NCBI GenBank assembly: GCA_044229975.1
Contig: JBGARZ010000001.1
Location: 160,001-224,000 of the forward strand
Reading direction: 5' to 3'
DNA: 64,000 nt
Origin: Polyangiales bacterium
GTDB taxonomy: Bacteria; Myxococcota_A; Polyangia; Polyangiales; Ga0077539
Shown: positions 57,490-64,000 of the stretch, piece after piece
Numbering within the stretch: position 1 is the first letter of the stretch
Layout: each line of letters begins with the position of its first letter
Translations under genes and position numbers: made by a program
Notes under the pieces: model-generated
Seen by the model: the letters and a program-made list of their open reading frames with translations, nothing else
The model's database searches: none
Told to the model about the DNA's origin: nothing

Positions 57490-59586
57490 TCACGGCCCGG
57501 CAGGAGGCAACACCACGAGACCGCGTAGCGCTCCTGGTGTCTCGGCCGACACCGCGTCACCTGCCACCACCTGGGCAGGCGTCATCCCCGCCGTGCGAAG
57601 CGCCGCGATCACGGCGTCCCTCCGTCGATCAGCCCGCGCCGCGTCCACCCTCGTCGGACCCGTCACCGCGGGACGGGTTGTCGGCACCGCCAGGCGCACC
57701 GGCCCGAGGCCCGGCCGCGACACCGCGCGAATCGCCACCACGAGCTGAGCCAGCAGCGGCGCGTTGGTCGGCAGGAGCTGATCGCGCGCATCGAAGGCTA
57801 CGTTCTGGAGCAGCACCACGCGACCGGGTGACGTCGCGCTCGCGCCCTCGATCCGCACCCGCGGAAGCGCGCCCACGAGCGGAGCGCCCGGTCGCACCGG
57901 GGTCTCCGGGCAGCCGTCGTTGTCGCGCAAGCCGTTGATCGTCTCGGGTTGATCGGGGCAGCGGTCGGCCGGGTCGAGCACGCCGTCGTGGTCGCGGTCG
58001 AGCTCGGGGCAACCGTGCTGCTCGGGCGTGGCGTTGGCGCCCGCAGGCTCTGTCGGGCACACGTCGAGCGCGTCGGGAACACCGTCGCCATCACCATCGA
58101 CGGCAGGGCAACCCGGGCGCGTGGCGTCTTCGAGGGCGCCGCGGGCCTGGGCCGGGCACTGGTCGGCGGCGTTGGCCACGCCGTCGCCGTCCGTGTCGCC
58201 GTCGGGGCAGCCGGGGCGCGCGCGATCGGGCGTGTTGCCAGCGGACTCCAGCGGACACTGATCGGCCGCGTCGAGCACGCCGTCGTTGTCGTTGTCCGGG
58301 TCGGGGCAGCCGTCCTCGTCCTCGAAGTCGTCGGGGTCTTCGTCGACGGTGGGGCAGCGATCTTCGTCGTCGGGGATGGGGTCGCCGTCGTTGTCCTCGG
58401 GGCAGCCGTCGCCGTCCTGAAAGCCGTCGAAGTCTTCGCGCAGGCCGGGGCAGCGGTCTTCGGCGCCGTCACGGAGTCCGTCGCGGTCGTCGTCGATGAA
58501 GCGCGGCGCCCACTGAAGCGAGAGCACGCCGCGCACCGCCGACGCGCCGGGTGAGGCCGTGAGCCCGAAGGCCGCGCCCGCCGACACGGTGAACTCGCCG
58601 AAGACCCCCTGGAGACCGGCGCCGAGCTCCATCGGTGAGCTGCGCGCGTTGCCGAAGGGGTAGCGCGCGTCGATGGATCCGACGAGCGTGGCGTAGGTCG
58701 ATCCGTAGCTGCCCGCGAGCACGGCGGCGCCGGCCCACTCGGACTTGCCCGCGAGCAGGAAGATGCCCGCGAGCGCGGCTTCGAGCGGGCCGCGCAGGGC
58801 GACGGCGTAGGTGATCTCGTCGCGCAGCGCGCGGTCGAAGAGGCACGAGCCCGAGGTGGGGTCGAGGCAGAGGGCGGTCTGCGAGGGCCAGTCGTTGCCG
58901 AAGTGCGCGCGGTACCCGACGGAGACCGACGCGAAGAGGCGCGAGAGGCGGTAGTCGAAGACGGCGTAGGCGTGCGCGGTGGGAGCGCCCGCGGTGGCGT
59001 AGCTCGTGGCCTCGCTGAGAGGCACGGTGGCGGAGAGCTGGAGGGAGAGGCCGAGGCCCTCGCGGCTCTCGCGAATCTGCTGGGCGACCTGGGCGGGAGA
59101 GAGGGTCGCGCCGCGGCCCGCCGTCGCGTTGAGCTCGGCGCGCGTCGACCAGCGGAACGTCAGACGCGGATCACCGACGGCCGTGCTCGCGGGCTCGGAA
59201 ATGCCCGCGGGGACACCGCCCGACGCCTGGTAGAACATCATCGGAACCTGGAGCGCGAGCGCGGACCGGGTGCCGAGGCCGACCTGGAGCGAGAGGGTGG
59301 TCCAGAGCTGGTCGCGGAGGAGGGCCTGGCGTTGACCGTCGGGGGTCGAGAGCACCAGCGGGTCGCGGACGTACTCGGCGAGGAGGCCGAGGTTCCATCG
59401 GCCGTGGCCGGGGACGAGGGTGGACTCGGTCCATGGGAGGGCGTCGCCGTCGATGGCCGCGGTGGGTCGCCAGGGGCCGCCGTCGACGCGAAAGCCGGGG
59501 GGCGTCTGGGCAGCGGCGACGGACGGAGCGAGAGCCGCGGCGAGGGTCAGGGCCACCAGCGAACCACGGTTGGACAAGCGCTTCAT
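57490..59586 (-). CDS. Outer-membrane beta-barrel + thrombospondin type 3 repeats + degenerate OmpA-like domain (TraB-like architecture)
   Basis: Signal peptide; beta-rich N-terminus (GDPRL); repeats DxDxDGxxDxxDxCP...GCP; C-terminal NVAFD...RRRDAV. Confidence 0.8.
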   Translation of the reverse strand: MKRLSNRGSLVALTLAAALAPSVAAAQTPPGFRVDGGPWRPTAAIDGDALPWTESTLVPGHGRWNLGLLAEYVRDPLVLSTPDGQRQALLRDQLWTTLSLQVGLGTRSALALQVPMMFYQASGGVPAGISEPASTAVGDPRLTFRWSTRAELNATAGRGATLSPAQVAQQIRESREGLGLSLQLSATVPLSEATSYATAGAPTAHAYAVFDYRLSRLFASVSVGYRAHFGNDWPSQTALCLDPTSGSCLFDRALRDEITYAVALRGPLEAALAGIFLLAGKSEWAGAAVLAGSYGSTYATLVGSIDARYPFGNARSSPMELGAGLQGVFGEFTVSAGAAFGLTASPGASAVRGVLSLQWAPRFIDDDRDGLRDGAEDRCPGLREDFDGFQDGDGCPEDNDGDPIPDDEDRCPTVDEDPDDFEDEDGCPDPDNDNDGVLDAADQCPLESAGNTPDRARPGCPDGDTDGDGVANAADQCPAQARGALEDATRPGCPAVDGDGDGVPDALDVCPTEPAGANATPEQHGCPELDRDHDGVLDPADRCPDQPETINGLRDNDGCPETPVRPGAPLVGALPRVRIEGASATSPGRVVLLQNVAFDARDQLLPTNAPLLAQLVVAIRAVSRPGLGPVRLAVPTTRPAVTGPTRVDAARADRRRDAVIAALRTAGMTPAQVVAGDAVSAETPGALRGLVVLPPAGP

Positions 59587-59670
59587 GAAGAGGGCGCGGA
59601 CGCTATCACGATCGCCGACGGGGTTTGCTCGGCTCGACGCCACCGGGCCGAACGTGAGACTAGAGCGCCC

Positions 59671-61101
59671 ATGCATGTGCACCTGATTGGTGTGGCGGGC
59701 ACCGGAATGGGCGCCTTCGCGGGACTGCTCAAGGCGGCGGGGCACCGGGTGACCGGGAGCGACACGACGTTCTATCCGCCGATGGGGGACGCGCTGAAGG
59801 CGTACGGGGTGGAGACGATGACGGGCTGGGACCCGGCGCACCTCGACCCGCGGCCCGACCTCGTCGTGGTCGGAAACGTGTGTCGCAAGGACAACCCCGA
59901 GGCGCGCGCGGCCATCGACCACGGGATGGCGTACCGCTCGTTTCCGAAGGCGCTGGGCGAGCTGTTTCTCGCGACGCGGCGCTCGCTGGTCGTCGCCGGA
60001 ACGCACGGCAAGACCACCACCACCGCGCTGGTGTCGTGGTTGTTGGAAGCGTGCGGACACGACCCGTCGTTTCTGGTCGGCGGCCTCGCGAAGAACTTCG
60101 ACGCCAGCTACCGACTGGGCAAGGGCGCGGCCTTCGTGGTGGAGGGCGACGAGTACGACTCGGCGTTCTTCGAGAAGACCCCGAAGTTCTGGGCGTACCG
60201 GCCGTGGGGCGCGATCGTGACCTCCCTCGAACACGACCACGTGGACATCTACCCGACGGCCGACTCGTACCGTGATGCCTTCGTGGGCTTCGCGTCGCGC
60301 ATCGCACCCGAAGGGGTGCTGGTGGCCCACGCGCGGGACGCGGAGGTGGTGGCCATCGCGAAGCGGAGCAGTGCGCGGGTGGTGCACTACGGGCTGAGCG
60401 CGGATGAGTTTCCCGATGGGGTGACGCCGACGTGGACGGCTGCGGCCATCGCGCCGACGGCAGGGGTGCAGCCCTTCGAGTTGTTCATCGGGGGGTCGTG
60501 CGCGGGGCGGTTCTTCTCGCCGCTCATGGGCGAGCACAACCTGCGCAACACGGTCGCGGCGATGGCACTGCTCGCCGAGGGAATGGGGCTCCCGATTCCG
60601 TTGATGGCCAAGGCGCTGCGCGAGTTCAAGGGCGTCAAGCGCCGGCAGGATCTCGTCGCGACGGCGGGCGGCGTTCGCATCTACGACGACTTCGCGCACC
60701 ACCCGACGGCGGTCGACGAGACCCTCCGCGCGATGCGCGCGCACCACCCCGAAGGCAAGCTCATCGCCATCTTCGAGCCGCGCAGCGCCACGGCCTGCCG
60801 ACGCACCCACCAGCACGAGTACCCTGCGGCCTTTCGCGCCGCCGACCTGAGCCTCATCGCCCCGGTCGGCCGCCTCGAAATCCCGCCCGAAGACCGCCTC
60901 GACATCCCTGCCATCGTGCAGGACATCAACCAACATGGCGGCGCGGCCGAGACCTTCGCGGTCGGCCCGCAGAGCGTCGACGAGATCGTCGCCCGCGTCG
61001 CCTCCGTCGCCCGCCCCGGAGACACCGTCGCGGTGCTCTCCAACGGGGCCTTCGGCGGCATCCACGGCAAGCTCACCGCTGCCCTCCAAGGAACACCATG
61101 A
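59671..61101 (+). CDS. mpl: UDP-MurNAc:tripeptide ligase (murein peptide ligase)
   Basis: HLIGVAGTGMG, YPPM, AGTHGKTTT, EGDEYDSAFFEK, DHVDIY, DDFAHHPTA, FEPRS, SNGAFGG. Confidence 0.9.
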   Translation: MHVHLIGVAGTGMGAFAGLLKAAGHRVTGSDTTFYPPMGDALKAYGVETMTGWDPAHLDPRPDLVVVGNVCRKDNPEARAAIDHGMAYRSFPKALGELFLATRRSLVVAGTHGKTTTTALVSWLLEACGHDPSFLVGGLAKNFDASYRLGKGAAFVVEGDEYDSAFFEKTPKFWAYRPWGAIVTSLEHDHVDIYPTADSYRDAFVGFASRIAPEGVLVAHARDAEVVAIAKRSSARVVHYGLSADEFPDGVTPTWTAAAIAPTAGVQPFELFIGGSCAGRFFSPLMGEHNLRNTVAAMALLAEGMGLPIPLMAKALREFKGVKRRQDLVATAGGVRIYDDFAHHPTAVDETLRAMRAHHPEGKLIAIFEPRSATACRRTHQHEYPAAFRAADLSLIAPVGRLEIPPEDRLDIPAIVQDINQHGGAAETFAVGPQSVDEIVARVASVARPGDTVAVLSNGAFGGIHGKLTAALQGTP

Positions 61102-62990
61102 CCGATCCCACTACCCGCACGGCCCGTGGCCGCGTCGCCGTCCACCCGCGAGGCTTCGGCTTCTTCACGGAAGAAGACACCGAACCCCCGCGCAGCGCCT
61201 TCATCGTCCCGCCAGAGCTCAACGCCTTCCTCGCCGACGACATCGTCGACGCCACCATCACCGTCGGCGACGACGGGCGCTCCAACGCCGCCGCGCTCCA
61301 CCTCGTCGAGCGGCCCCGCACCGAGCTCTTCGGCACCGTGGTCATCCACCGCGGCGCCCCCTACCTCAAGGTCGACCGCGAGGTCGCCAACACCGACTGG
61401 GCCCTTGTCCACACGGGGCCCGCGCCCGTCGCCGGAGCTCATGTGCTCGCGCGGGTCGACGGCACGAAGGCCGTGCTGGTCGACGTGCTGGAGACGCCCG
61501 ACGCACAGACGCTCGCGCAGGTGATCGCCCGTCACGGCATCGCCACCGTGGTGACGCCCGAAGCGCTCGCCGAGGCGCAGGCGGCGCGCGGCATCGCCCA
61601 CACGGCGACGGGCCGACGCGACCTGCGTGGCGTCCCCACGGTGACCATCGACGCGGCGTCGACGCGCGACATCGACGACGCCATCAGCGTGCTGCCCGCC
61701 GACGAGGAGGGTGCCATCCGTCTGCTGGTCTCCATCGCGGACGTGGGGGCGTTTGTCCCGGAGGGCGGCGCGCTCGACGCGGACGCACGACGACGGGCGA
61801 CGAGCGTGTACCTGGCGGGGCGGGTGATTCCGATGCTGCCCGACGGGCTGTCGTCGGAGTGGATCTCGCTGCTCCCGGGCGTCGATCGCATGTGCATGAC
61901 CGCGGAGCTGCGCATCGACGCCGAGGGCGCCGTGGTGGCGGTGGACGTGTACGAGAGCGTGATCCGATCGTGGGCGCGGCTCACCTACGACGAGGTGGCG
62001 GACTTCCTCGACCACGGCGACGTCTCGCCCGCGATGGAGCCCGTCTACGAAGCGGCGCCCTGGTGGCGCACGGTGTCGGCGCGGCTGCACATCGCGCGGA
62101 CGCGGCGAGGCGGCGTAGAGGTGGCGCGCGACGAGACCTTCGTGGTGCTCGACGCGGTGACGGGTCTCGCGACGGGCATCGAGGCGCACCGGCCCACGTC
62201 GGCGCACGTGCTCATCGAGCGGTGCATGGTGGCGGCCAACGAGGCCGTGGCGCGCTGGCTGGTGGAGCGCGGGGTGCCGGGGGTGTTTCGCGTGCACGAC
62301 GTTCCGGGGCCAGACGCGGTGCGCGAGCTGTCGGAGGTGGCCGAGCGCTTCGGGTACGCGTCGGGCTTCGGCGCGAAGCTGTCGCCGCTGTCGCTCGCGG
62401 CCTTCGATCATCAGATCACCGGGTCGCCGAGCGAGCCCGCGATTCGCGGCGTGCTGCTGCGGTCGCTCGGTCCGGCGCGGTACACGGTTCATCCGGCGCC
62501 GCACTTCGGGCTCGCGGCGCCGCTGTATCTGCACTTCACGTCGCCCATCCGTCGCTACGCCGACCTCGCAGTGCACCGTCTGTTGAAGGCGTACCTGCAC
62601 GGCGCACGGACGTGGTCGATGCGCGACCCGGAGGTGGAGTCGCTCGCGAAGCACATCAACACGCGCGCACGGTTGGCGGCGCGGGCGGAGACCGATCGTC
62701 ACCGGATGCTGGTCGCGGGGTACATGACCCGGCACATCGGCGAGAGCTTCAGCGCGCGCATCGTGAAGGTGCGGCCGTTCGGGCTGGTGGCGCAGATCGA
62801 CACGACGCTGGTGGAGGGGACGCTGGCCTTCGAGGTGCTGCCCGATGGGCCGTACCAGGTGGAGGCGGCGGGCGGTGCGGCGCGGTCGGTGAAGCGCCGG
62901 TACGCGGTGGGCGACGCCGTGCGGGTGACGGTGATGCGGACGGATGCATCACTGGGTCGGGTGGATCTCGCGCTCACTGCGGCGGGGTGA
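61098..62990 (+). CDS. RNB-domain exoribonuclease (RNase II/R family)
   Basis: HPRGFGF cold-shock domain; TIDAASTRDIDDA; HFGLA...HFTSPIRRYADL; C-terminal S1 domain. Confidence 0.9.
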   Translation: MTDPTTRTARGRVAVHPRGFGFFTEEDTEPPRSAFIVPPELNAFLADDIVDATITVGDDGRSNAAALHLVERPRTELFGTVVIHRGAPYLKVDREVANTDWALVHTGPAPVAGAHVLARVDGTKAVLVDVLETPDAQTLAQVIARHGIATVVTPEALAEAQAARGIAHTATGRRDLRGVPTVTIDAASTRDIDDAISVLPADEEGAIRLLVSIADVGAFVPEGGALDADARRRATSVYLAGRVIPMLPDGLSSEWISLLPGVDRMCMTAELRIDAEGAVVAVDVYESVIRSWARLTYDEVADFLDHGDVSPAMEPVYEAAPWWRTVSARLHIARTRRGGVEVARDETFVVLDAVTGLATGIEAHRPTSAHVLIERCMVAANEAVARWLVERGVPGVFRVHDVPGPDAVRELSEVAERFGYASGFGAKLSPLSLAAFDHQITGSPSEPAIRGVLLRSLGPARYTVHPAPHFGLAAPLYLHFTSPIRRYADLAVHRLLKAYLHGARTWSMRDPEVESLAKHINTRARLAARAETDRHRMLVAGYMTRHIGESFSARIVKVRPFGLVAQIDTTLVEGTLAFEVLPDGPYQVEAAGGAARSVKRRYAVGDAVRVTVMRTDASLGRVDLALTAAG

Positions 62991-63005
62991 TCGCGACGGC
63001 GGGCG

Positions 63006-63656
63006 TCACGTCGGCGACGCGAGGTCGGCCAGCATGAACACCCGACGTGCGTCGAACTCCAGTTCGTCGAAGGGAGCGAGGGCCTTCACGGCTGTTCGTC
63101 CCGCGACGTCGACCGGCTCGAAGTCACGCTCTCCGCGCCGGTATACGATGAGCTGCGAGCGCACGAGGTCCACCAACCAGTAGTGCCCCACGCCGGCGGC
63201 CCAGTACGCGCGCCACTTCAACCCGTCATCCTCGTCGCGTGCCCGGGTCGACTCAGACAGCACCTCGCACACCCAGTCGGGCGGCGTCATGTACACCCCG
63301 AGGTGTCGCTCGCCGACGTTGACCTTGCGCGGCGGCGCCGGGTGCGTCGCAACCCGCCAGCCGACAAGGGCGGGGCGCAAACCCTGGCCGCCGACGTAGA
63401 GGTCTACCTCCTGGCTCATCCACCACCCGCCACCGCCGGAGCGCGGCGGTCCCCGCAAGCGCCCGATCTGCTCGGACACCCCGATGACGGCGTCGCCGTG
63501 CTCGAAGCTCGGCATCGCCTTGTAGCGGATGCATCCGCCGATGAGCTCGGCGCGGTCTCCCGCGGGGAGCGACAGCCACGCATCCAGCCTGCTCTGGGCA
63601 ATGGACGGCGTCGCTGGCAGCTCGTTGGTCGACGGTCCGGTCCCGGTCGCTTCCAT
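63006..63656 (-). CDS. Uma2 (DUF820) family endonuclease, possibly inactive
   Basis: RAELIGG, P..EHG, PDWVCEVLSEST, K..Y..AGVGHYWLVD; RPA where RPD is expected. Confidence 0.85.
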   Translation of the reverse strand: MEATGTGPSTNELPATPSIAQSRLDAWLSLPAGDRAELIGGCIRYKAMPSFEHGDAVIGVSEQIGRLRGPPRSGGGGWWMSQEVDLYVGGQGLRPALVGWRVATHPAPPRKVNVGERHLGVYMTPPDWVCEVLSESTRARDEDDGLKWRAYWAAGVGHYWLVDLVRSQLIVYRRGERDFEPVDVAGRTAVKALAPFDELEFDARRVFMLADLASPT

Positions 63657-63753
63657 GCGTGCCAGCGTACCACCGCAGCGCGCTCACCCCCTGCGCCGCG
63701 CCGACGACCCGCGTGCCTCCCCTTCTCTCGGCCCAGTCCACCGACTACGGTGA

Positions 63754-64000
63754 TGTCGTGGTGCTCCACCCATTGAGGCGCGCTTCGTCGGCGACGCGCT
63801 GTGCGCGCCCAACGCGCGCTGGGTCGACGTCAACGAGAGCTGGTACGACGTGGTCGAGCCCACGTGGGATCCGCAAGGCGTCGGCCCGGGAGAGTGCCCG
63901 CTGGTCGAAGACCGATGCCCCGCCCACTGCTCGGAGGTCAGCGGCAATGTGTTGGATGGCACCAACCGCTGCGAGGCCCCGGCACGGACGGTCGCGTGCT
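63754..64000 (+). other. Protein-like Cys-rich open frame running off the window; possible frameshifted or partial gene
   Basis: IEARFVGDALCAPNARWVDVNESWYDVVEPTWDP...CPAHCSEV...RCEAP with GC-ending codons; in-frame TGA at 63751-63753. Confidence 0.3.

Overview
Very GC-rich bacterial chromosomal segment. Its gene content points to Myxococcota, probably Polyangia-like (inference): four Hanks-type Ser/Thr kinases, FHA proteins, RCC1-repeat, VWA and Cys-rich lipoproteins, TSP3/OmpA proteins and a type IV pilin. About 52 CDSs are supported. Housekeeping genes include a PccB-like carboxyltransferase, recD2, gltX, xseB, a GalT-like gene, an acyl-CoA dehydrogenase, the aguA-aguB-LD-carboxypeptidase-ruvX-mltG operon, an RlmI-like methyltransferase, mpl and an RNB ribonuclease. 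No rRNA, tRNA or CRISPR array was recognised. The most striking signal is a two-gene unit at 45923-48682 (-). A 428-aa protein ending in 14 Asp-Cys units, mostly (SSDC)n, lies 6 bp upstream of an RRE-radical SAM-SPASM enzyme, making it a candidate thioether-crosslinking system acting on a large protein. Other notable items: an Rpn-like gene bracketed by an exact 19-bp direct repeat with a candidate intragenic antitoxin start; a 221-bp MITE/REPIN-like inverted repeat; a putative PilN-PilP fusion lipoprotein; a TraB-like protein with a degenerate OmpA domain. All calls come from reading motifs by eye; no database searches were run, and many start codons were trimmed from the ORF track by judgement.
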